From Candidatus Electronema halotolerans (GTDB lineage Bacteria; Desulfobacterota; Desulfobulbia; Desulfobulbales; Desulfobulbaceae): a stretch of DNA of 32,000 nucleotides. Below, piece by piece: positions 1-8,541 of the stretch (positions within the stretch are counted from its first letter, which is position 1; every line of letters begins with the position of its first letter). The stretch covers positions 1,860,001 to 1,892,000 of the forward strand of contig OW818675.1 of assembly GCA_942493095.1 (NCBI GenBank), in the 5' to 3' direction. The notes beneath the pieces were generated by a model. It saw only the letters and a program-made list of their open reading frames with translations. It made no database searches and was not told the origin of the DNA. The position numbers and the translations under genes were made by a program.

Positions 1-1
1 T

Positions 2-1213
2 TCAGCCTGCTCGCAGCACATTGACGACCGCCTGCCTCATTTCCGGGCGCATGGGATTGAGCCGATTCTACTCACCGGCCCGGCAGGGCGGAAATCCACG
101 CACTGGCAGCATCACCGCGCCCTGAGCATTGCGCCCTCTGGCATCCGCTTTGAGCTGCGCCATTTTCTCCGCCGTCATCTTCATAAACGCTGGCAGTTCA
201 AGACCGTGGAGACTCTGCTCCTCCTGCCGGTCCTGCCGTTCTATCTGCTGGAAAAAATCATTGTTAATCTGGAAAGCGAATGGTCGTGGTGCCTGCTTGC
301 CTCGCTGCGCGGCCTGCTCCTCTGCCGCCGCCTCCAGCCGGAAATGCTCTACTCCACAGGCGGTTCCGCTTCCGCCCATCTGGCCGCCCTGCTGATCAAA
401 AAATGGACCGGCACCAGCTGGGTGGCCGAAACCCAAGATCCGCTTGTGCATGATGAGGACTGGAGCCGCAGCCGGTTGGTCCTGCTGCTCTATAAAAATC
501 TGGAGCAACGGATTTGCCGACAGGCCGACTTGTTTGTCTTTCTGGTCCGGGCGGCAATGGAACATTGTCAGCAACGGACTGGAAGCTGCCAGGCAGCCAC
601 GGTCTATCCAGGGGCGGAGCTGTCTTGGTTTGGCCAGACCCAATATGTCAAAGGCGAACGCTGCCGCTTTGCTCATTTCGGCTCCTTGGCCGGAACCAGA
701 AATTTATCAGTCTTTTTTCAAGCCTTGGAGCAGGTGGTCAGCCGCAGGCCGGAGCTGCGCAGGCTTGTCCGGGTTGAGGTTTATGGCTCCTTTGACAGCC
801 TGTCTGCGTGGGAAATGAAACGGCTGCGCCTGTACGATCTTGCTGCCGTGCATGGCCCGGTGCCGAGGCAGGAAGCGGTCGCCAAGATGCAGCAGGCTGA
901 CTGCCTTCTGCTGATCCAGAACACTATTTATTTTTCCTGCGAGACCATTCCTTCCAAGGTCTATGAGTATCTGCTCACAGGCCGTCCGCTCCTCGGCCTC
1001 CTGCATCACAATCAGGAGCTGGAGGTCATGCTGACTGAAGACGGGCACCGGATTGTACCTGCGGATGACGTGCAGGCAACTGCGGCAGCCATTGAAGCTG
1101 TGCTGGATGACTGGGCTGCTGACCGGCTGCCAAGCAAAGCGGCAGTCAAGACGTGGACTGTTGCCGAGGCGGTGCAAAGGCTGCTTTGTCTGACTGAGCA
1201 CAGATGCAGTTAG
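2..1213 (+). CDS. glycosyltransferase, GT-B fold (group-1-like), 5' partial (enters from left edge)
   Basis: Reading frame 2 has no stop from nt 2 through the listed GTG at 206 to TAG 1211-1213, so the gene is longer than the track ORF. The C-terminal half has GT-B-like motifs (FGSLAGTRN, EVYGS, ETIPSKVYEYLLTGRPLL). It overlaps the next gene by 10 nt, which suggests an operon. Confidence 0.6.
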   Translation, partial: SACSQHIDDRLPHFRAHGIEPILLTGPAGRKSTHWQHHRALSIAPSGIRFELRHFLRRHLHKRWQFKTVETLLLLPVLPFYLLEKIIVNLESEWSWCLLASLRGLLLCRRLQPEMLYSTGGSASAHLAALLIKKWTGTSWVAETQDPLVHDEDWSRSRLVLLLYKNLEQRICRQADLFVFLVRAAMEHCQQRTGSCQAATVYPGAELSWFGQTQYVKGERCRFAHFGSLAGTRNLSVFFQALEQVVSRRPELRRLVRVEVYGSFDSLSAWEMKRLRLYDLAAVHGPVPRQEAVAKMQQADCLLLIQNTIYFSCETIPSKVYEYLLTGRPLLGLLHHNQELEVMLTEDGHRIVPADDVQATAAAIEAVLDDWAADRLPSKAAVKTWTVAEAVQRLLCLTEHRCS

Positions 1214-2271
1214 CCCAGAGCCGCATTCTGATTGTCAAACCCAGCTCGCTTGGTGACATTGTTCACACTCTGCCTGTGGTTCATGCCATCAAGCGCAGCC
1301 TTCCTGATTGCTGCATCGGCTGGATTGTTCAGCAGACGTTCGCCCCGCTGCTGGCGGCAGATGCAAGCATCAATCAGCTTTACCCAATTCAGATACCATC
1401 GACCAGCGAGCCGCAGGCAGGCCGTTTTGCTTGGCAGGCAGCCTTGCGGGCCACGCTGCATACGCTGAAGAAACTCCGGGCGCAGTTCCGGCAGGAGCCG
1501 TATGATTTTGTCCTTGATCTGCACGCCTCTTTCCGCAGCGGCCTGCTGGGACGCTGCAATCCCGGCGGCCTGCGCATCGGTTTCCGTGATGCCAAGGAAT
1601 TGAACACCTTGTTTCAGAATCAGCTCGTGGCCGTGCCAAAGACAGTGCAGCATGCGCAGGCGAAAAATTTGCTCTTTTGTGAGCAGCTCGGCATCAGTCC
1701 GGCAGACGAAGATTTTCATCTCCGCTGCCGCGAAGAAGACCAATCGGCGGCGCAGACCTTTTTGCGCGAACAAGGCGCAGCAGATAAACAAATCATCTAT
1801 GCCAATCCGGCAGCCCGCTGGCAGACGAAATTTTGGCCTGTCGAAAATTGGGCCGCGCTGGCTGATCACTTTGCCGCCCAAGGCAAGGTGCTGATCTTTG
1901 GCGGCAGCGATAAAGAGGCAGAGTATATCGCCGCCATTGCCCGCCTGATGCGCAGCCAGCCAGTGATTGCCGCTGGCCGCCTGAATCTGGCTCAATCCGC
2001 CGCTTTGATCAACAAAGCTGCTCTCTATATCGGCTTGGATTCCGGGCCGATGCACATCGCGGCCTTGGCCGGAGTGCCGGTCGTGGCCTTGTTTGGCCCC
2101 ACCCACCCGGAGCGGGTCGGGCCGTGGCGGGTGCGGCACCGGATTGTCAGAGCTGAAGGCTTGGCCTGCTTGGCCTGCCGCAAGCGGCATTGCGGCCATC
2201 TCTCCTGCATGAAAGGCATTTCTGTGCAAGCAGTTGCTGAGTCAGCCCTTGAGCTGCTGGCGGACTCATGA
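1204..2271 (+). CDS. glycosyltransferase family 9 (ADP-heptose:LPS heptosyltransferase-like)
   Basis: N-terminus RILIVKPSSLGDIVHTLPV and C-terminal GLDSGPMHIAAALAGVPVVALFGPT are classic GT9 signatures. ATG at 1204. ATGA overlap with the next gene at 2268-2271. Confidence 0.85.
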   Translation: MQLAQSRILIVKPSSLGDIVHTLPVVHAIKRSLPDCCIGWIVQQTFAPLLAADASINQLYPIQIPSTSEPQAGRFAWQAALRATLHTLKKLRAQFRQEPYDFVLDLHASFRSGLLGRCNPGGLRIGFRDAKELNTLFQNQLVAVPKTVQHAQAKNLLFCEQLGISPADEDFHLRCREEDQSAAQTFLREQGAADKQIIYANPAARWQTKFWPVENWAALADHFAAQGKVLIFGGSDKEAEYIAAIARLMRSQPVIAAGRLNLAQSAALINKAALYIGLDSGPMHIAALAGVPVVALFGPTHPERVGPWRVRHRIVRAEGLACLACRKRHCGHLSCMKGISVQAVAESALELLADS

Positions 2272-3059
2272 ACATCAGTCTGATCATCACCACCTACAAT
2301 TGGAAGGAAGCCTTGGGCTTGGCCCTGAAAAGCGCGCTCCAGCAGACCCGGCTGCCGCTGGAAATCATCATTGCAGATGACGGCTCCCGGCCTGACACCG
2401 GCGAGCTGATTTGCCGCATTGCCGCGACCGCGCCAGTGCCGGTGCTTCATTCTTGGCAGGAGGACAAGGGCTTCCGTTTGGCTGCCAGCCGCAACAAGGC
2501 CTTGGCCAAGACGCATGGGGACTACATCATTCTCATTGACGGCGACATCATCTTGGAGCGGCATTTTCTTTATGATCATGCCCGCTTTGCCAAGCCCGGC
2601 AGCTTTGTCCAAGGAACACGGGTCCTGCTGGGCGAGCAGTTGAGCCGGGAGGTGCTGGCTGGACGGAAAAATCTGCGTGAGCCGATCTGCCGCCGGGGCG
2701 TGGAGAACCGGAAAAACTGCCTGCGCTCAGACATTCTCTGCCGTCTTTTTTCCTACCGGGATTGGAGCATGAGCGGAGTGCGCACCTGCAATTTCGCCTT
2801 CTGGCGCAGCGACGCGCTGGCCGTGAACGGTTTTAATGAGGATTTTGTCGGCTGGGGCCGGGAGGACTCAGAATTCACCGCCCGGCTGCTCAACTGCGGC
2901 CTTGTCCGCCGGAACATCAAGTTCAATGCCTTGGCCTACCATCTCTATCATCCCCGCAACGACCGCAGTCATCTTGAGGACAACAATCAGCTGCTCAAGA
3001 ATACTATTGACAACAAGCTGATCTGGTGCGAGAAAGGGGTGAGCAGTCATCTTTCTTGA
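2268..3059 (+). CDS. glycosyltransferase family 2
   Basis: ISLIITTYNWKEAL...IIIADDGS...ILIDGD is the typical GT2 (GT-A fold) nucleotide-sugar binding and DxD region. Translationally coupled to the GT9 gene. Confidence 0.85.
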   Translation: MNISLIITTYNWKEALGLALKSALQQTRLPLEIIIADDGSRPDTGELICRIAATAPVPVLHSWQEDKGFRLAASRNKALAKTHGDYIILIDGDIILERHFLYDHARFAKPGSFVQGTRVLLGEQLSREVLAGRKNLREPICRRGVENRKNCLRSDILCRLFSYRDWSMSGVRTCNFAFWRSDALAVNGFNEDFVGWGREDSEFTARLLNCGLVRRNIKFNALAYHLYHPRNDRSHLEDNNQLLKNTIDNKLIWCEKGVSSHLS

Positions 3060-3155
3060 AGCTGATTTTGCTGTTTTCCCCTTGATGTCTCATGGGCGGA
3101 TGAAATATCTTGAGCAAAAGACATCCTTCTGAACTGAATAACCCCTCCTGAATTG

Positions 3156-4331
3156 ATGAAAAAAATCTCAGCCGCAGTGCTTCTGGTGCGCGTTGTGCTT
3201 TGCCTGCTGATTCTTGCCGCTGGCGTTGCAGGCATGAAACGGCTCAATGCTATGAAAAAGCCGCCTGTGCAGGTGGAGCAGCAGGAACGCGCCCTGCCTG
3301 TGCAAGTGCTGCGGGCGCAGACGGAAAGCGTGCCTGTGATCATTTCCGGGTATGGCGAAGTTGCCGCCCGCTCGGTCATCACTTTGCCTGCCGAAGTTTC
3401 TGGACGGATCACGACGGCTTATAAAAATCTCCATGTTGGCGCGGTGATCCAGCAGGGAGAAGTGCTCTACATGATCAATGATCAGGATTACCGCTTGGAG
3501 TTGGACAGCGCGCAGGCCCGTCTGAAAAGTCTGGCCCGCGACCTTGAGCTGACCCGCAAGGAACAGGCCCGCCTCAGCGGTCTGTATCAGAAAAATATCG
3601 GCAGCCAGTCGAATGTTGAGCAGGCGGAGCGGGCGGTCAACGCCATTCAAACCCAGATCATCCAGTTGGAGCAGGCCCAGAAGCAGGCCAAGCTGCATCT
3701 TGCCCGCTGTCTGATCCGTGCGCCATTCACCGGGCGAATCACCGAGCTGTTTGCCGAGCAGGATGAATACGTGACTCCGGGCAAGAACTTGGTCACGCTG
3801 ACAAATGACAGCGATCTTGAGGCGCAGGTGCCTTTGGACAGCCGCGAGGCCCTGAAATGGCTTCGTTTTCAGCAGAGTCAGGACGGTTCTTGGTTTGGCA
3901 GGCCGGAAAAGACCGCCTGCACCGTGACATGGACAGAGAATGCGGCAGTGCAGGCTGAGGGCAGCGTTGATCGGGCGGTTCGTTTTGATGCCAAGACCAG
4001 AAGCGTAGTTCTTGCAATCCGTATTAAACCGAAAAAAGGCGCAGCTATTCCACTGACCCAAGGCATGTTCTGCCGGGTTGACATTCAGGGCCATGCCATC
4101 AAGCGGGCCGTTGTCCTGCCCCGGCAGGCAGTGAGTTTTGAGAACACGGTTTATGTGGTCAAGGAAAATCGGCTGCAGACCCGCCCAGTGGAGGTGGCGA
4201 GAGTCCAAAACGGCAAGGCCATTGTAGTCAGCGGCTTGCAGGAAGGCGAGCAGGTGATTGTCACCCGGTTGGAAAATCCGCCAGAAAATTCATTGGTGCA
4301 GATTCAGAATCGAGATGCTGGATTCAAGTGA
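3156..4331 (+). CDS. efflux transporter periplasmic adaptor subunit (HlyD/MFP family)
   Basis: N-terminal membrane anchor MKKISAAVLLVRVVLCLLILAAGVAG. Lipoyl/hairpin region (coiled coil LELDSAQARL...IQTQIIQLEQAQKQAKLHLARCLIRAPFTGRI). Beta-barrel and MP domains ending in GLQEGEQVIV. Start moved to ATG 3156 (track start 3153 is TTG). Confidence 0.8.
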   Translation: MKKISAAVLLVRVVLCLLILAAGVAGMKRLNAMKKPPVQVEQQERALPVQVLRAQTESVPVIISGYGEVAARSVITLPAEVSGRITTAYKNLHVGAVIQQGEVLYMINDQDYRLELDSAQARLKSLARDLELTRKEQARLSGLYQKNIGSQSNVEQAERAVNAIQTQIIQLEQAQKQAKLHLARCLIRAPFTGRITELFAEQDEYVTPGKNLVTLTNDSDLEAQVPLDSREALKWLRFQQSQDGSWFGRPEKTACTVTWTENAAVQAEGSVDRAVRFDAKTRSVVLAIRIKPKKGAAIPLTQGMFCRVDIQGHAIKRAVVLPRQAVSFENTVYVVKENRLQTRPVEVARVQNGKAIVVSGLQEGEQVIVTRLENPPENSLVQIQNRDAGFK

Positions 4332-4755
4332 GTGCATAACTCGTGATTTTTCTATCAACAAAATTGAGCACCTGAAAATCAAAACGAAGATGAATCACTT
4401 CGCCCTGAAGTCCACGCTCTATCTGAAAGCCGTTCGCTCGGCTTTTAATCTACAGCAACTTCAGGCTGCGTAGCATCAGTTATTCAAATCATCCGGCAAG
4501 GCATCCGCAACGCCGTCACTGTCCGTATCCCTGCTCGTCAACCAAACAGGCCATGTTGTCGCCCTGAAAAACAATGGTCGCAGAGCGGCTGCCAAATTCA
4601 TCAGTGACCTGCGTGCTTGTATGCGTGACCACTGTTGCAGGATTGCCGTCAAAGGTGACTTTGCTCTTGACCGAAGCTTCAGCCAGCATCTGCCGCTGCG
4701 GCGGCAGCAGTTGCGCTTCTTCAGCATATTTCTTACCGCAGTCTGTCGTTTTTCT

Positions 4756-4783
4756 TTGACAAAAACAGGAAGTCGGCTATAGT
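4756..4783 (+). promoter_or_regulatory. sigma70-type promoter candidate (TTGACA-16 nt-TATAGT)
   Basis: Perfect -35 TTGACA at 4756-4761 and -10 TATAGT at 4778-4783 with a 16-nt spacer, about 70 nt upstream of ATG 4855 of the large DUF1566 gene. Confidence 0.45.
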
Positions 4784-4854
4784 GCGATTCTGTTGAGAAA
4801 GGCGGGTGCAATGTCCGCCATTTCTGTTTTTTATCTGCTTTGGATATCCTTGAA

Positions 4855-7227
4855 ATGAAAAAGATTCTCTCTCTTGCCTTGGCTGCGTCGCTCACGTCAA
4901 TTTTCTGCCCGCAGAGCAGCGCGTGGAGCAAGTCATCCTTGCTCTTGCAGATTCCAGCGATTTTGGCGAAGCCGCAAGGCGGAACCACAACGGTCAACGA
5001 CAATGTGACGGTCATTGATGAAAACAGCGCGGCTGAGATTGTCAGCTCGAATACCAGCGCGGAAGGAGACACAGAGCTTCAGTTATCTGGCAATTTGGCA
5101 AGTTCCACGCAGGACGGTTCCATTTTGTATTTGCTTTCCGGCGCGGATGACCGTTTTCCTTTTGGCATTGCTGGCAAAGTGGTCAGCACAACCAGCAATG
5201 CTGATGGAACAAAGACTGTTGTTTTGGGTGAAGCGACCTATGCGGACATCGTCAAAGAGGCATCTTTTAATCTGGACAACATCGTCTTGGATGCAAGCAA
5301 TTTTGTTGGCGTGATTGCTCCGGCTGCTGTTGAGGCGGCATCGCCAATGTCGGCAGCATTGGCAAAAAGCGTATCTGATGGCAGTGTTTATTCGTTCCGT
5401 GATGGTGCGGTTGTGGTCAGGCGGACTGTGGATAAAAGCAGGGCGATGTCTTCCGCATCGGAAAGCGGAACAATAGATGCTGGCACTGTGTCGCTTAATA
5501 TGAAGGTCGATCTTGGAAAAATTATTGACGGAGTTGAAGCAAGTACGATGAAACCGATCAACATTAACACTCCTGTTGGCTTTGTAATAAGCGGCTCCTT
5601 AAAAAATATTAAGATTACTAATGAGAATGAGTTCTCACTTCTTAAAGGCGGATTGAAATATCTCAATTTGCGTTTGGATGGTGATCTTGATTTTGACGTG
5701 AAATTTAACGGCAAGGGAGCGGTGAAGTTCGGCTATTTTTCCCAAGCATGGAATGAAGTAAAAGATGAGTCTTTTAAAATGCTTGGTGTCAAAGCAAAAC
5801 TTAATGGGCTGTCGTCAGATGACAAAATAGGTAAATATCCTCTTGCCGGTTTGGTTTGGTCGGTGCCATGTCCAGAGACTTGCCCTGTGCTGACAGGAAA
5901 AACTCAAACACCATTGCGGCAGGCTAAAGCATTGGGTGTCATTGTTTGGTTGTATCTAACAGCAGAAGGAGAATTCTCACTTGATGGAAATTTTACTCTC
6001 GCGCATCTGACTCCAGCCGGTTTGTCTGTTGGCATCAAGAAAACTTATGGAAATGATTTTAACATAATAAATTCATTAACAAAAAAGAGTGCTTCTGATT
6101 GTCTTATAGAGTCCCCTGAACTTGATGGAAAGGCTGGTTTGCAAGTTAAAGCTGGAATTACAACAGATTTAGATTTTCTTGCAGGTGGTGTACGAATTGC
6201 AAATGCTGGCATGGATGTCGTAGGCCTTTTTAAGGCGCAAGCAACTGGGAAAGCTGGCTATTGCATTAACAATCTTGGCGAATCAGGGAGCTGGAACGGT
6301 GAAATTTGTTTTTCAGGAGGCTTGGGAGCTGGTCTTATAGCTCGCGCTGCGGCAAAGGTTGGCATTGAGATTGATACTACGTGGAAAGATGTGTCTCTTA
6401 ACTTGGAATATTCAAAGCAAACTCCTGCTAAAGAAGATATTGATAAAGAGGGCAGGCACGGGCTGTGGTATTATAAATCTTTCACCTTGTTGTCAACATT
6501 AAATGACACCGGCATAACGTGGAGTGGCAATTATGAGTCCGGGAACAACACGGCCTGCATTGCTTCAAGCACCCCGGACGGCGACAACGTGGTTGCTGCG
6601 CAAGACTGCTCGCATGGACGGGATGCAACCCATAATGACGACAGTGACGGCGATGCCGGATTCAGTTACACCAAATTGAACAGCGATGGCAAACCGTTAG
6701 CTAATCAAAATGCGGATTACGCAACCACGCCTTGGGCCTGTGTGAAGGACAATGTTACCGGTCTGATTTGGGAGGTAAAAACTGATGACGGCGGTCTGCA
6801 TGATAAGGATGATGAATATACTTGGTACAATACTGACCCAAAAACCAATGGCGGCTCAAATGGTTATGATGCTGGAGATAACTGTTACGGATATGACAGC
6901 AGTGATTCGTCCACCTTCTGCAATACCCAAGCCTATGTGAACCGGGTGAATGCGGCAGGCTGGTGTGGGGCCTCTGATTGGCGGATGCCGACACGCAAAG
7001 AGCTGGAGAATCTTGTTCATCATGGCCGCATCGACCCAGCAATAGACATCGACTATTTTCCCAATACGAGGAGTTGGTATTATTGGTCTGGGGTGCCGAA
7101 TGCTTACGATAGGGATGGTCAAGAAAGAGTGTGGACAGGTGATTTCGTCGACGGCGATGGAGGCACCTTTAACCGCTTTGTTGACCTTCCGGTTCGGTTA
7201 GTACACAACGGACAGTGCAATAAATAA
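4855..7227 (+). CDS. large secreted protein with C-terminal DUF1566 (Lcl C-terminal domain)
   Basis: Signal peptide MKKILSLALAASLTSIFCPQSSA from ATG 4855 (track start 4840 is TTG). The C-terminal ~250 aa match the DUF1566 pattern: LNDTGITW...QDCSHGRDA...AGFSYTKL...CVKDNVTGLIWEVKTDDGG...YTWY...CNTQAYVNRVNAAGWCGASDWRMPTRKELENLV...YFPNT..YWS. The middle ~380 aa are not recognisable. Confidence 0.8.
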   Translation: MKKILSLALAASLTSIFCPQSSAWSKSSLLLQIPAILAKPQGGTTTVNDNVTVIDENSAAEIVSSNTSAEGDTELQLSGNLASSTQDGSILYLLSGADDRFPFGIAGKVVSTTSNADGTKTVVLGEATYADIVKEASFNLDNIVLDASNFVGVIAPAAVEAASPMSAALAKSVSDGSVYSFRDGAVVVRRTVDKSRAMSSASESGTIDAGTVSLNMKVDLGKIIDGVEASTMKPININTPVGFVISGSLKNIKITNENEFSLLKGGLKYLNLRLDGDLDFDVKFNGKGAVKFGYFSQAWNEVKDESFKMLGVKAKLNGLSSDDKIGKYPLAGLVWSVPCPETCPVLTGKTQTPLRQAKALGVIVWLYLTAEGEFSLDGNFTLAHLTPAGLSVGIKKTYGNDFNIINSLTKKSASDCLIESPELDGKAGLQVKAGITTDLDFLAGGVRIANAGMDVVGLFKAQATGKAGYCINNLGESGSWNGEICFSGGLGAGLIARAAAKVGIEIDTTWKDVSLNLEYSKQTPAKEDIDKEGRHGLWYYKSFTLLSTLNDTGITWSGNYESGNNTACIASSTPDGDNVVAAQDCSHGRDATHNDDSDGDAGFSYTKLNSDGKPLANQNADYATTPWACVKDNVTGLIWEVKTDDGGLHDKDDEYTWYNTDPKTNGGSNGYDAGDNCYGYDSSDSSTFCNTQAYVNRVNAAGWCGASDWRMPTRKELENLVHHGRIDPAIDIDYFPNTRSWYYWSGVPNAYDRDGQERVWTGDFVDGDGGTFNRFVDLPVRLVHNGQCNK

Positions 7228-7353
7228 TTTTTTGCCTTGATATGAGGAACACGGACAATTTTAACGGCAGCAGGATGTTCATGAGATATTCTGCGAAAAC
7301 CGCAACCATTATAGTAGCGAAAAAATTCTCGCAACTACCGACTTTCATTGACT

Positions 7354-7899
7354 ATGAAAATATATTTCCTGCTGCTCTGCTGCATCTTGCCAACAGCAAG
7401 CGTTCATGCCGAACAAATTTGCAAGCCTGATTCCATTCCCGCCTCAACCCCGGACAGCCAGCTTGTTGACAACGGCGACGGCACTGTCACGGACAGCGCA
7501 ACTGGCTTGATGTGGAAAAAATGTCTTGAAGGCCTTTCCGGGAATAATTGCGGAGACGGTTTTGAAGATTCCTTCACATGGCAGCAAGCTCTCCAAAAGC
7601 CCGATGCCGTCAATAATTCAGGAGGATTTGCAGGTTATAGAGACTGGAGATTGCCCAATATCAATGAACTTGTTTCTCTTGTTGAGGAGCAATGCAGTCT
7701 CCCCGCAATCAATCTGAACCTTTTTCCCAACACGCCAAGTTGGTATGTCTGGTCCGGGTCGCCGCATGCCCACAACTCAATCGCATGGAGCGTTAATTTT
7801 TTGGATGGCACTTCCGAGGGCTACAGCCGTAACATTCGCCACCCCGCAGTTCGGTTGGTGCGTGCGGCGGGAATTGAACAATCACGGAATTGTTTTTGA
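7354..7899 (+). CDS. small secreted DUF1566 domain protein
   Basis: Signal peptide MKIYFLLLCCILPTASVHA from ATG 7354 (track start 7348 is TTG). DUF1566 core: VTDSATGLMWKKC...FTWQQAL...GYRDWRLPNINELVSLV...LFPNTPSWYVWSGSP. Confidence 0.8.
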   Translation: MKIYFLLLCCILPTASVHAEQICKPDSIPASTPDSQLVDNGDGTVTDSATGLMWKKCLEGLSGNNCGDGFEDSFTWQQALQKPDAVNNSGGFAGYRDWRLPNINELVSLVEEQCSLPAINLNLFPNTPSWYVWSGSPHAHNSIAWSVNFLDGTSEGYSRNIRHPAVRLVRAAGIEQSRNCF

Positions 7900-7904
7900 T
7901 GAAA

Positions 7905-7925
7905 GAGCAATCGTCTTCATTGCTC
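7905..7925 (+). terminator. possible hairpin terminator after the DUF1566 pair
   Basis: GAGCAAT-cgtcttc-ATTGCTC is a perfect 7-bp stem starting 5 nt after stop 7897-7899. The downstream T-run is weak (cgttctc), so this is tentative. Confidence 0.3.
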
Positions 7926-8111
7926 CGTTCTCAATGACAATTCATAGTCACTTCATGTAGGAAGATATGGGGGAAGCCTCTGTTTCCGCCTGAACGAGAC
8001 GAGATGCGCACCTCCTTACCAGCGGCTTCCGCAGCTAAACTTGCCTTCAGATGTGCAAGGTTGTATTCTTCCAGCAGGAGAAAGATAACACGCAACAGGA
8101 TGGAGGCGGCA

Positions 8112-8312
8112 ATGGCCAAAACAGTCACACTGCGACTTGATGAACAACTGCACAGCAAATGCAGCCGCTTTGCCCAGCGCGACAACCGCACACTGGCAAA
8201 CTTCATTGAAACTGCGGTGCTCCGCTATATTGAAGGGCAGGAGCTGGCAGATGAATTTGAGATGGCTGAAATCAAAGGAAATGAAGAGCTGAATCAAAGC
8301 ATCATCGGATAG
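8112..8312 (+). CDS. ribbon-helix-helix (CopG/ParD-like) type II antitoxin
   Basis: GGAGG at 8102-8106, then ATG 8112. MAKTVTLRLDEQLHSKCSRFAQRDNRTLANFIETAVLRYI fits a beta-strand plus two helices RHH layout with an acidic C-terminal tail. Immediately followed by a toxin remnant. Confidence 0.6.
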   Translation: MAKTVTLRLDEQLHSKCSRFAQRDNRTLANFIETAVLRYIEGQELADEFEMAEIKGNEELNQSIIG

Positions 8313-8314
8313 GC

Positions 8315-8401
8315 AGATTCAGACTCATCTACACGGTCAGTCAAGAAGAAGAAATTGTTTACATTCTTACCATTGATCACCGGAAAGATGTGTACAGGTA
8401 A
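8315..8401 (+). pseudogene. RelE/ParE-family toxin remnant (C-terminal ~28 codons only)
   Basis: Starting 3 nt after the antitoxin stop, the frame reads RFRLIYTVSQEEEIVYILTIDHRKDVYR*. This matches the conserved C-terminal strand and tail of RelE/ParE toxins (yRiiY...vvyIL.i.HRkdvY). No start codon and no N-terminal ~60 aa are present. Confidence 0.55.
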
Positions 8402-8541
8402 TGTTCTGTCTTATTCCCAACAGCAGCAGCAGGTGCCTGTGCCTGCCGCTGCGCGTTTGGCTTGGAATCAGCCCGGTTATTGGGTATGATGATCAGGAAT
8501 TTGATTTTTTATGACTGACAACTCTTCACCCGGCCTGACTG

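Noticed and set aside
68-676. 202-aa ORF on the - strand at the left edge
   Set aside because: It is antisense to the glycosyltransferase frame, which is open from nt 2 to 1213 and carries GT-B-like motifs.
1210-2229. 339-aa ORF on the - strand
   Set aside because: It is fully antisense to the GT9 heptosyltransferase, which has clear family motifs. Its Arg/Ala/Gly-rich composition is typical of shadow ORFs in GC-rich DNA.
3168-4208. 346-aa ORF on the - strand
   Set aside because: It is antisense to the efflux adaptor gene. It has no motifs and a shadow-ORF composition.
4258-4473. 71-aa + strand ORF after the adaptor; the 62-aa ORF at 7242-7430 is a similar case
   Set aside because: The first starts inside the adaptor's 3' end in another frame. 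The second overlaps the start of the small DUF1566 gene. Neither has an SD or motifs, and both are AT-rich intergenic read-through.
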